Origin: Lingula anatina
Lineage: Eukaryota > Animalia > Brachiopoda
DNA: 64,000 nucleotides
Direction: 5' to 3'
NCBI GenBank assembly: GCA_051362555.1
Contig: CM120642.1
Coordinates: 11,098,001-11,162,000 of the forward strand
Part shown: positions 50,495 to 62,729 of the stretch, in pieces
Numbering within the stretch: position 1 is the first letter of the stretch
How the letters are laid out: the number at the start of each line of letters is the position of its first letter
Position numbers and translations under genes: made by a program
Notes under the pieces: model-generated
What the model was told of the DNA's origin: nothing
Database searches by the model: none
What the model saw: the letters and a program-made list of their open reading frames with translations, nothing else

Positions 50495-50645
50495 TTGGGA
50501 GTATTAAGCAAAGACTGCTTAAATTTATCTTACACGGTACATCCCACCATTGAAGTCAACTATGATGAAAATGCTGCTGTTTGTAGCGTGCTTAAGTCTG
50601 CTTATTTCAAGTGGAAAAACGAGGTAAATATATCTAAATAATAAT

Positions 50646-50677
<32 letters not shown>

Positions 50678-51320
50678 CAGAAGAGGAAAAGTTTATGTCA
50701 ACTGGTGACATTTTTTTAAATCGCTATCATTAGCTGTTAAGAAAGTTGTGTAGAAGCAAACAGTTTTAACACTCGCTTTTCAGGCGGATGTTTACAATCT
50801 TTTCCAAAAATTCTGATAATTTACCATACGGTTTCATACACGATTGTCAGTGACCTCTAGGAAAACATTCAGGCTTATAACATTTCTGTCTTCGGATTTT
50901 CCATCATCCATTCTAGTCTAAATATTGATGTTTCCGTTTCTGTTCATTAACGTTAATGTAAAAAAACTTGTAATTTCATGTTGACCCTTATTGCAGTAAG
51001 AGGCAAGTGGATTGCAAGCCAGGAGTACCACTGTACCGCAGCGTTTTTGAACCAGACAGATTCACCATGGTCTCGGTCGAAGGCAGCCAAGAAATTAAAC
51101 TGGGGCCTCGAGCAGAAACGTGGACCTACACCACAGACTTCGATGACGACTGCGACATTGACATTCTGGCCGGCAACTCGGGAAATGTGTATTTGCTAGA
51201 AAATACTGGCGACTCAAGCAATGTAAGTACATTGTACCATGTCCTCCAGACTGAAATTCTGGTCCTAGTTTTGTTTTAACCTATTTACAAAATCTGTTTT
51301 GTTGTGCTGTAAATATAATA

Positions 51321-52844
51321 CAGACTTGCCATTTAATATGGAATATTTTTTTCCAAATCATTTTTCATCATTTTCCCTATTTTGCTGACTGATAAATTAA
51401 AATAAGGATTAAAATCGTGTTTCAGTAACTTTTAATTATCTCTTTGATGTCATTGTGACATCAGTTCATTAATGGAATTCGCCAGAGAATCAAACAAAAA
51501 CACATTGCCTATTCTGTATCATACGACACCATTAAAAAGATATTTTGGACCTCCATATTTCCCAAATTATTGTCTGTAAAAGAGTTACACACTCCACAAA
51601 GGACCTTAATGTCAGTGTCTAGTCACAGTATCGGTCGCTGTTACGCCTGACCTCTTCTGGCTGCTACCAGCGCTCACAAGTGGCAAGGCATACCTTGGGA
51701 TAGGTTTTTAAAGTTAAATCTTGAATAACATTCCAGGCATCGGTCAAAATCTGTCCAATTCGGCCTAGTTTTGTTGTAGGACATGTAGGCCTACCCACAT
51801 ATTGTCTATGTGGTTCAAATATGGCGATTTTGATGACCAAGGTAGCTACACATTCCCTTGGTTATGTATGTAACCTGCTATTAAAAGTTCTTTGTGAACC
51901 GCAATCTCACCGTGCAACCTAAAATTGTTCCTAGGTTGACCCCTATCAAATGATAGCCAAGTGGTTACCATTGGTGTTTTGGCACCAATGTGGTATCCAC
52001 TCCAAATAATGACGCTGTTAATGACATTAGTCACTTTAGACGCGATACACCGTTCGTCGCTGGCCTCATCTGGATGTCTGTAAACTCTATTTTGACTGTT
52101 GAGCGGTTCAGTTGAAATCTGACCTCAATAAAGAAACCCAAGAGATTTCAGTGTTCAACCCAGAAACAGTCAAGGTCCCCAATTCATTAGTGAAATATAC
52201 AACGATGTTTTACTGTTTACAGTGGGTTCCTCGGTGGTCGTCTGGTATTTTAACCTGCTAAAACCAGTTTGGTGTTCGCTAAGGGCCTTGAAAAATGCGT
52301 TTTGGTGGCAATGTACCCCTCATTCTGAACGGACTGGGTGGTTATTGTCTAGTTGCAACAGCATATTGCGAAAGACAGTGGGTGTACCCTGGTGGTAAGA
52401 TTTCAATACATTGGGTGTAGCGTCTGTGTAGGTACATGTACATCAGTCTGGGTATTACTGATGCGGTCTGGGTTAACTTACTGGGTAAAACTGTGCGGAC
52501 CGTTTCGTGTGGCGCAATTATCTGTCTGGCAATGCCTGTCTTTTTCGCGCCATTCTGCCACAGATTAACACATTTGTAGAGCACTGCATAGCTCATTTTA
52601 CACACTGCAAACCCGACCACTTGCATGCAAAATTTCAAATTCTTCTATGCAGTAGTTGCCGACGTATGGACACTTTTTTTGACAGAATCATGCTTTGCTA
52701 AAGCCAAGCGTTGACCTGCCCAAAGGAGCACTATCAAATTAAATCATTGCATATATGAGATCGGAGTTTGTGAAAAAAAGAACGCATTTTCACCTAGGCA
52801 TATACCTTCGAAACTGAAATATTCCATATTAAATGTCAAGTCTG
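51321..52844 (-). mobile_element. Decayed Tc1/mariner element, 1524 bp, in intron 2 of FG-GAP copy 1
   Basis: 28-bp TIRs CAGACTTG(C/A)CATTTAATATGGAATATTT with TA TSD; empty site in copy 2 (about 60175); minus-strand transposase remnant RVYRHPDEASDERCIASKVTNVINSVIIWSG. Confidence 0.88.
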
Positions 52845-53104
52845 TATTTCAACTTAGTTTCGGCCGTTATTTGCAGTCGCTAAGATTTTTACTTTAATTG
52901 AGTCTCTGAGTAAAGGACATAATTTAAGTCTTGTTTTTTTAACTTTATACAAAATCATTCAAAGGTACATTTGAACCTAGCGTCGATGAAGCGTGGGTTC
53001 CCAGTAATGCATATAAACCACCTGTATTATTTTCTTATACGAAAGTTGGCATGTTAAGGGATATACCAAATTAATCACTGGATGAGCTATAAAAGAGCTT
53101 TTAA

Positions 53105-53266
53105 GGCTATAAACCACTATTAAAAAGTCCCATTCACTTCCATTGCAACGTTTAATTCTCTTAAAAATAATTTCCATGCTTCAACAAACACAACACTTCA
53201 GGTTTAAACACTTCTATTCAAGGCTTAAACAATTTAAAAAAATCAGGGTATATTAATGGTATAGCC
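53105..53266. mobile_element. Small MITE candidate
   Basis: TTAA-GGCTATA..CCA.TATTAA ... TATTAATGGTATAGCC-TTAG, inside a segment absent from copy 2. Confidence 0.45.
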
Positions 53267-56200
53267 TTAGAGTGACATTACATGACCAGTAAGGTGCTGC
53301 CCCCAGTCGGCCAAAATAAGCACTAAAATGCAGCAGGGGGGGAGGGCATGTAAAACTGGCCCCAGGCAGTTAAATTTCACCTTGATATGAAAAATAACAC
53401 ATCAAATTGAAGGTAAATAAACAAATTAATTTCTAAAATTGATTTAAAAATTTCCAAATGATTATCTTTTTCTTATATGCAAATCTTCTTGCTTCAAACT
53501 TACTAAACAAGAAAGGCCGGAAGTGACGTATAATTTTAAGTGCACCTTCTTCAAATTTTTGGTAAATATTGGAACAACCTATCTGACAAACTTATCTGCC
53601 CCTTCATAAACAGCACAGAGAGCAAGCAGAAAAATTCTTTCGGGTAATATGAAACGATGCATTTCTGTAATTTTAAGTTATAATACATGGTGGCATTTGG
53701 TTGACTTTTCTTGCAAAAATTTACTTAAAATGCATCTTTATATGTAATTTTAAATCTAAGACGCAGAATCTACTATGATTTCATAGGGCCGATTTGCAGC
53801 TCCCAGAAAGTTGACTACCGCCGACGGCACTGTCATATAAAAGGGTTCTTTGAGTGGCTCACCGGTATTCAAAGACATGAACGGAGACGGCCTAAAAGAT
53901 CTGCTTCTTTCTGAATGGGCTTATTACCTCGCCCCCATCTCTCTTTTCATCAACACTGGGACATCAACACAACCTACGTTTTCTGCCCCTAAAGTTTTAA
54001 TTAACAATAACGCTGGCGGTGTTCGTTTTGATGCAGCTGATTGGAACAACGACGGCCTGAATGATCTGGTGGTTGGGCCCGACAGGCAACCGTTTGCCTA
54101 CTACCCAAATGAAGGTACAGCCTCAAGTCCCATTTTCAGCAGTTCATTTACAAACATCCAGGATGGTTACACCACAATTCCCCATCACTATCCTCGAGTT
54201 GTTGATTGGAGGGGTGACGGAAAAGAATATATTTTGTACAGCGGTTATTTTCCGAGCGACGGCGTCCATATTTGGACAAAAGATCCAAGCACAGGAAAAG
54301 AAGAAGATGCGGTTATGTTAGGCTTTGGCACAGATTGGAAACAAATTGAGAACAAAGTTGGGTACAGTCTTTCATCCAACATTGCCGATTTCAACGGTGA
54401 TGGTCTAACTGACTTACTTATTTCTGGTAAACGGGCCAAACACGTTATATTTTGGGGCAAAGACATAAACCAGGTGACCCAGCACCACGTTGATGAAATT
54501 GCCGCCACACTGAGCCAGCACAGCACAGACCTTGGATCAGTGATGGAGAGCAATGATCAGGTATGTAAGAAATTGCAGTTACACCAGGATGTTTTGTTGA
54601 AGCTCGCAATCTTGCCTATGCCAGATTCGTTCAAGGAATATTTTTTCAACACACTCGCAGCTCTGGTGCAAAAATACCCACAATACTTGAGTAGACAACG
54701 TTTTTCTTCCACATACCTAGCCTATTTCTCCTTCTATACCTGGATAATAATGTTGGAAGGAAGGGACGACACGAGAAGTAATCGACTCGGGTTGGCTGAA
54801 GTGAGTAATCACACAGGAAGTTTAAAGGACGTTCTTGTTGAGAGGGGAGTTATGTTGATAGACAATGACCAATCTTCGGAACTAGCAAATCGCCTGTTGA
54901 GAGATTATGTTTTGTCCCTGCGAGCCGAATACTTCTGGATTGAACGCATAAGTAAGAATTGTGCGCTAAGCGGCATTGACGGGCGCAGATATACCTACAG
55001 GCAGGTGCGAAAGGGGGGAGTTAATGTATTCTGTAACGATGAGCACATCTCGATAAGAAAACACATTCTACCTGGTTGTAAGGTATGTAAAACGCATGGT
55101 AACCCGGTGGGAAATTTTCTTGTTTCTGTTGTCGCTCACGAAATTGGTCACAACTACGTAGAATACCCTGAGGTGAAGGCGAAGAGGCTCTTGTTGATGA
55201 AAAGAGCCTTGCTAGGTAGTCCGGATATTTTCTGGAAAGATAACAATCGCTACGACTCTACGAAAACGCAGGAACATTTTGCAAGCAAAGGTTGGTTCAA
55301 TCCCGGTTCCGATAATTGGAACTCGATTTTACATGCCTATTTCAATGGACAGTTCATTCCTGAAGCTGCTCAGTACCAATATCAGATCATCACTGATGTC
55401 AACCCAAGCTACGTTGTGCTAACTAATCCCCAGGAATTCTTCGCTTCAATCGCCCAATGCTTCTCTATGGACTCCAAGATGCTGATGGACATTGCTGTCG
55501 AACGTTTTCTTAGTACGCCATCATACAAAGAGTCCATAAATCAAATTTTGTTCTTGGTTGAGTACTACTCTCTCGGTGGAGGCACTTCACGATTTTGGAT
55601 GCATACCCATTCAGGTAACATATATTATTATGAAGTTACCCTCGAAAGAAATCCCAAGGATCACATCGTCGGCGTTAGTGTCCCCAAAGATGTTGCGAGG
55701 AAAGTTGAAAACCCCAATGAAGCATATTTGGTGGATTTGCCAAGTCCACATGTGTATCGGTTCCAGGTTGATGGCGATGGGTTTGTTACCGCCATTGAGG
55801 AGTACCCGGCATATATCAATCCATAGACTTATAAGAAAACAATACAATCGAAATCGATCTTAATGTCCATTTTTCCTTCCACTAGACTAGAGGAGAAATA
55901 AGTATCTTTAATATATCCAATGTGACATTAACCAAGCCATAATGTTTCTGTAAACATGACCAAGTTCAGAGTAAATAAATCTTTGAATTACATGCCTTGT
56001 TAATCATGGTTTTAACTAAACAAAATGGATCTTTACAAAAAAGCACAGAACACATTTCAACACCGGGTTTATTTGTATAAAAATTCTAGGTCACTAGATG
56101 CAATTTCCCCAAACACTGAATTGCAAACACCACAACTGCCATAATCAGTTTATATGTATATCTGATTATGTGTCTTATAGCAGGTCAAGATAGCTACAAG

Positions 56201-58356
56201 CCAGCATTTTGAGGCTAAATGTTTTTTATTTTTATTTTGATTCAATGATTTAAAATTGGTGGATTTATCTTAATGGTTTTTTTTAAATAAGCGCAATAAG
56301 ATCAGATTTACATAATGAAAACATTTATCGTAAAAAAGTATTTTACAAAGAAATTATGCAACCGTTGTCCTGTTTTAATAAATTGCAACATATTTGTCCA
56401 ATGAAAACAGTCTAATTTTTTTCTGGAACTCGTGTATGTAATACATACGCCCCATGAAATGCGCAGGTTTAGGTTGTGAAAGCAAAATTCCGAGGTGCTG
56501 AAAGTTTCGCAAAATGAGAAACCAGAAAGGTGCCACCGCTGCTTACATGAGCATCAGTTATAAACCAAATGGCCGTAGACTAGTTTATAATCGTATCCCA
56601 CTTATTAAGTTTAATACTGAGACAAGCTAGTGATGTTTACCGAAAAGCCCTGCCTTTAGATCGAGCCATCTAAATCAGCAATTTAAACTATTGGCAGAGT
56701 CATGTTTTCTTTTTCAAATCTTGAATTTCAGACAGTTTTATCAACTAAAGAAGTTTCCTTTGAGAATCCTCTACAAATTAAAGTACAGATGTGTCTATGC
56801 TCAGACCTAGCTGTAAACGTTTTGTTTTATTTAAAGCTAGTAAATGTTGATAGTACAGACGGTACTTGCAAGGCGTGCAAGGACCGGTCAAGACCTCCAA
56901 GGCAAGACGGGGGTCGGTAAGAAACAGCTTTACTGAAATAAAGTGTCCGTGATGTTTAATATTCCAGGTCATTTGTACTGAATGCTATACATGTACATAG
57001 GGAAATTGTTGCAGAATTAAACTTGTTTTCTTCTTCCTTTTAACTGCATGAAGTTATTTGTGTTTAGCAAAATACAAGTGGGCTCTTCAAAGAAGTCACC
57101 AAAGCACTGCAACTGTCTTGGCCCTATAAACACAGACCTTGTAATGACTCCCCTACACAATTTTGTACCACAAAATGTTGCCACCAAAACATCAGTAGTC
57201 TGCTAAGACACTATATATAGGGGCTCCCCTCGTATATAATGTCTGCTTAACTTTTCGATCACGGTCTTATCAAGTATATCTGTCATTAAACTATACTAGT
57301 AATACACTTACAAATATCTGGTTTACATCCCACTTGTTAGTAACCTGAGATTGTTAAGTCTTTATTACTTATAAAGTTTGGCAAGGGCTACAAGTTTGCC
57401 TTCAAACAAGTATATGCATCAAATGACTTTAAAAAGCATGAACGGATTATAGTAACCAGATTATATTTGTCAGCTCGTGGTCTTATGGTGGAGAAAGTGG
57501 CGCTGGACGAGGGCTCCGTATGACGTGCATTTGCGGGAACGTACAAACTGTGGAACATGTTCACTTCAGGCTTCACAGAGAAATTCACTAACTTCAGAGT
57601 TAACGAATTTACTAGCAATATATACATGTGCATTTGTTTATTTTTCAAATTCAATTTTGACTGCTTGACTTGATGATATTGTAAAAGTGAAAAACGTGTA
57701 TATGCTTCTACACAAAATTCAGAATAATATAAAGATAATACTTATCTATTTATTGCAGTCTGCAAGCCAGTAATCGGAAGGCCTTTAGTGATGTTCATTA
57801 TCCATAATTTTCAAACAGTTTACTGCCAAATCTATTATTAGGTGGACCAAAGCAACGAAGTGGTTTAATTTTTCAGAAACTCAGGTAAACTTATACATGT
57901 ATATATTCCACTTGTATAGACCATCAACATTATCCAAGAAAGCGGTGAGCACACATTGGTCAACATGCTGGGTAAAATTTGATAGCAGAAGTAAGAGCAA
58001 ATGATGTTTTCTTGTGAGCACATATTATAACACGATTCAGATTGTCTTAAGCGACTGTGTTGCTCAAATACTGGGTAACAAATGCGGGTTATCAATTTAA
58101 ATTGCAAGGACCAGTTTTTAATTGTTTCTTCTAGCGTGTCGATCAGCAGACAATACACCCGAAAATTGCTGTAATTTATGCTCCATAGTAAAAATTGCAG
58201 AGTAATTATCGCGATTACTGTTCGGGTGCAATTTTAAGTAAGTATTACGAATAGTGATAAAATATTTAACTCGGGAGAATTAAGCAATGACTTCACAGCT
58301 TTATCTTATACCTACCGTGCACCCCACAGTATGCATCTTCAAGTTGAAAATCAACA

Positions 58357-58418
58357 ATGGTGAAAATGCTGCTGTTTGTAGCGTGTTTAAGTTTGCTTAT
58401 TTTATGTGGAAAAACAGG
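58357..58418 (+). CDS. Duplicate signal-peptide exon; candidate alternative first exon of FG-GAP copy 2
   Basis: MVKMLLFVACLSLLILCGKT plus GG|GTAAAT; same 62-nt length and phase 2 as exon 59423-59484. Confidence 0.6.
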
Positions 58419-59422
58419 GTAAATATCTGGAAAAAATATGACATTTGTGACAAAACAGAAGAGCATACCTTTTGTTTAAAACACGCAGGTACGTTTTTGT
58501 CAACTGGTGACCTTTTTGAAATCACTTTCATTAGTTGATAAAAACAGAAGAAAGTTATGTCAAAGCCAAACGGTTTAACACGCGCGATTCGGGTAGATGT
58601 TCCAAATATCTTATTAGTACCAACAGCGTGACGACTGGCGGTACTCCTGGTTTTAGACCAGCCCCGTCTCGTACTGCTTCCCCGGTACCAAAGAAGTCTG
58701 ATCAGCAGTCCGATTCAAACGGATTCAAACGAGAAGACAATACAAGAAACCTGAAATTGTAAAGTCCTTACTTATAATGTTTGGTTACAAGTTTGCCTTC
58801 AAGTATAATAGCCCGTGGGCCTTTAATCAAAGGCCCTTAGAGATGTCCATTATGTATATGATATTCAGACAGCTTACTGAAATGTTTATCAGAAACTTTG
58901 TTATCATTAAAGTAACGTCAGACATAATTAAAGTCTTGTTTTTTTAAAAAAAATTATATATGGGTGAGAGCGTCAGAGCCGATACCATGACAATGCACTG
59001 GTTAAATTTGAAATTTCAGAGACCCCAGGTAATCACACACACACACACACACACACACACATAAATAAACACGTTTCAGATTGTCTGATTGACTCTCGTT
59101 GCTTCAATACCTGCAGAACGGTTGGGGAGGATCAAATTAAATTCGAAAGACCACTTGACTCATCGAGCGCGTTGAACTGACGAGCAGACAAACAACCCCA
59201 TAATTGCCATAATTTAACCACGATAGTGCAAATTACCCAGGGATTTTAAAACCACCTCAATTGGTGTAATCTTTGCGCGAGTTATCCTGGCACGAAAACT
59301 GTCCGGGTGCAATTTTAAATAAGTGTTTGAAATAGAGGTAAAAATGTATATAAACCGGGAGAATTAAGCAAAGACTGCTCAGAATTTATCTTACACGGTA
59401 CATCCCACCACTGAAGTCAACT

Positions 59423-62400
59423 ATGATGAAAATGCTGCTGTTTGTAGCGTGCTTAAGTCTGCTTATTTCAAGTGGAAAAACAAGGTAAATATATCTAAAT
59501 AATAATCTTGTGAAAAAAAAAAAAAAACAGAAGAGCATAAATTTATGTTAACTGGTGACGTTTTTTAAATTGCTATCATTAGCTGTTAAAAAATTAGAAA
59601 GTTGTGTAGAAGCAAACAGTTTTAACACTCGCTTTTCAGGCGGATGTTTACAATCGCTTCCAAAAATTCTGATAATTGTTTTACCATACAGTTTCATACC
59701 CGATTGTCAGCGTCCTCTAAGATAACATTCAGGCTTATGACATTCTGTCATCGGATTTCCTCTATCCATTCGTGTCTAAATATTGATGTTTCCGTTTCTG
59801 ATCATTTAAGTTAATGTAAAAAAAAATTAACTTGTAATTTCATGTTGACCCTTATTGCAGTAAGAGGCAAGTGGATTGCAAGCCAGGAGTACCACTATAC
59901 CGCAGCGTTTTTGAACCAGACAGATTCACCATGGTCTCGGACGAAGGCGACCAAGAAATTGCACTGGGGCCTCGAGCAGAAACGTGGACCTACACCACAG
60001 ACTTCGATGACGACTGCGATATTGACATTTTGGCCGGCAACGGGGGATATGTGTATTTGCTGGAAAATACTGGCGACTCGAGCAATGTAAGTACCATGTC
60101 CTCCAGACTGAATTTATGGACCTAGTTTTGTTTTAACCTATTTACAAAATCTGTTTGTTGTGCTGTAAATATAATATTTTAACTTAGTTTCAGCCGTTAT
60201 TTGCAAATGGTCGCTTAAATTTTTACATAAATTGAGTCTTGGAGTAAAGGACATAATTTAAGTCTTGTTTTTTTTTTTTTTAAATTTTATATAAAATTAT
60301 TTAAAGGAACATTTGAACCTAGTGTCGGTAAAAGGGTGGATTTCCAGTAACGCATATAAACCACCTGTACTATTTTCTTATACGACTAAAATAAAGTCGG
60401 CATGCTAAGGGATATACCAAATCAATCACTGGATGAGCCATAAAAGAGCTTTTAAGTGCACCTTCTTCAAATTTTGGTAAATTGGAACAAACTATCTGAC
60501 ATACTTATCTGCCCCTTCATATACAGCACAGAGAGCAAGCAGAAAATTCTTTCGGGTAATATGAAACGATGCATTTCTGTAATTTTAAGTTATAATACAT
60601 GGTGGCATTTGGTTGACTTTTCTTGCAAAAAATTACTTAAAATGCATCTTTATATGTAATTTTAAATCTAAGACGCAGAATCTACTACGATTTCATAGGG
60701 CCGATTTGCAGCTCCCCGAAAATTGACTACCGCCGACGGCACTGTCATAGATAAGGGTTATTGGAGTGGCTCACCGGTATTCAAGGACATGAACGGAGAC
60801 GGCCTAAAAGATCTGCTTCTTTCTGAATGGGCTGGTGACCTCACCCCCATCTCTCTTTTCATCAACACTGGGACATCAAAACAACCTACGTTTTCTGCCC
60901 CTAAAGTTTTAATTAACAATAACGCTGGCGGTGTTCGTTTTGATGCAGCTGATTGGAACAACGACGGCCTGAATGATCTGGTGGTTGGGCCCGACAGGCA
61001 ACCGTTTGCCTACTACCCAAATGAAGGTACAGCCTCAAGTCCCATTTTCAGCAGTTCAGCTACAAACATCCAGGATGGTTACACCACAATTACTCAACAC
61101 TATCCTCGAGTTGTTGATTGGAGGGGTGACGGGAAAGAATATATTTTATACAGCGGTTATTATCCGAGCAGCGGCGTCCATATTTGGACAAAAGATCCAA
61201 AAACAGGAAAAGAAGAAGATGCCGTTCTGTTAGGCAGTGACGCACAAATTGGGAACAAAGTTGGGTACAGACTTTCATCCAACATGGCTGATTTCAACGG
61301 TGATGGTCTAACTGACTTACTTATTTCTGGTAAATGGGCCAAACTCGTTATATTTTGGGGAAAAGACATAAACCAGGTGACCCAGCACCACGTTGATGGA
61401 ATTGCCGCCATACTGAGCCAGCACAACACAGACCTTGGATCAGTGATGGAGAGCAATGATCAGGTATGTGAGAAGTTGCAATTACACCAGGATGCTTTGT
61501 TGAAGATCGCCAACTTGCCTATGCCAGAGTCGTTCAAGGAATATTTTTTCAACACACTCGCAGCTCTGGTGCAAAAATACCCACAATACTTGAGCAGACA
61601 ACGTTTTTCTTCCACATACCTAGCCCATTTCTCCTTCTATACCTGGATAATAATGTTGGAAGGAAGGGACGACACGAGAAGTAATCGACTCGGGTTGGCT
61701 GAAGTGAGTAATCACACAGGAAGTTTAAAGGACGTTCTTGTTGAGAGGGGAGTTATGTTGATAGACAATGACCAATCTTCAGAACTAGCCAATCGCCTGT
61801 TGAGAGATTATGTTTTGTCCCTGCGAACTGAATACTTCTGGATTGAGCGCATAAGTAAGCAATGTGCTCTAAGCGGCATTGACGGGAGCAGATATACCTA
61901 CAGGCAGGTGCGAAAGGGCGGAGTAAACGTATTCTGTAACGATGAGCACAGCTCGACGAGAAAACACATCTTACCTGGTTGTAAGGTATGTAAAACGCAT
62001 GGCAATCCGGTGGGAAACGGTCTTGTTTCTGTTGTTGCTCACGAAATTGGTCACAACTTCGTAGAATACCCTGGGGTGAATGCGAAGAGGTTCTTGTTGA
62101 TGAAAAGAGCCTTACAAGGTAGTCCGGATATTTTCTGGCAGGATAACAATCGCTACGACTCTACGAAAACGCAGGAACATTTTGCAAGCAAAGGTTGGTT
62201 TAATCCCAGTTCCGATAATTGGAACTCGATTTTACATGCCTATTTCAATGGACAGTTCATTCCTGAAGCTGCTCAGTACCAATATCAGATCATCACTAAT
62301 GCTAACCCAGGCTACGTTGGGCTTACTCATCCCCAGGAATTCTTCGCTTCAATCGCCCAATGCTTCTCTATGGACTCCAAGATGCTGATGGACATTGCTG

Positions 62401-62729
62401 TCGAACGTTTTCTTAGTACACCATCATACAAAGAGTCCATAAATCAAATCTTGTTCTTGGTTGAGTACTACTCTCTCGGTGGAAGCACTTCACGATTTTG
62501 GATGCATACCCATTCAGGTAACATATATTATTATGAAGTTACCCTCGAAAGAAATCCCAAGGATCACATCGTCGTGGTGAGTGTCCCCAAAGATGTTGCG
62601 AGGAAAGTTGACAACCATAATGAAGCATATTTGGTGGATTTGCCGAGTCCACATGTGTATCGGTTCCAGGTTGATGGCGATGGGTTTGTTACCGCCATTG
62701 AGGAGTACCCGGCATATATCAATCCATAG
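59423..62729 (+). CDS. Secreted FG-GAP/VCBS-repeat protein with a C-terminal HExxH (gluzincin-like) metalloprotease domain, copy 2, 772 aa
   Basis: Exons 59423-59484 (signal peptide MMKMLLFVACLSLLISSGKT), 59861-60086 (DFDDDCDIDILAG...LLENTG) and 60699-62729 (DMNGDGLKDLL, DWNNDGLNDLV, DWRGDG, DFNGDGLTDLL; VVAHEIGHNF; downstream THPQEFFAS). Canonical splice sites, open frame, AATAAA downstream. Confidence 0.88.

Larger units (their letters stand above)
50562..55826 (+). pseudogene. Secreted FG-GAP/VCBS-repeat plus zinc-metalloprotease gene, copy 1, with premature stop
   Basis: Exons 50562-50623, 50997-51222 and 53787-55826. In-frame TAA at 53838-53840 where copy 2 has GAT; the rest is open for about 660 codons with HEIGH intact. 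Confidence 0.75.

Noticed and set aside
53787-62729. Bacterial contamination as the source of the FG-GAP genes
   Set aside because: They have spliceosomal introns, polyA signals and a Tc1 insertion, and are embedded in AT-rich eukaryotic flanks.
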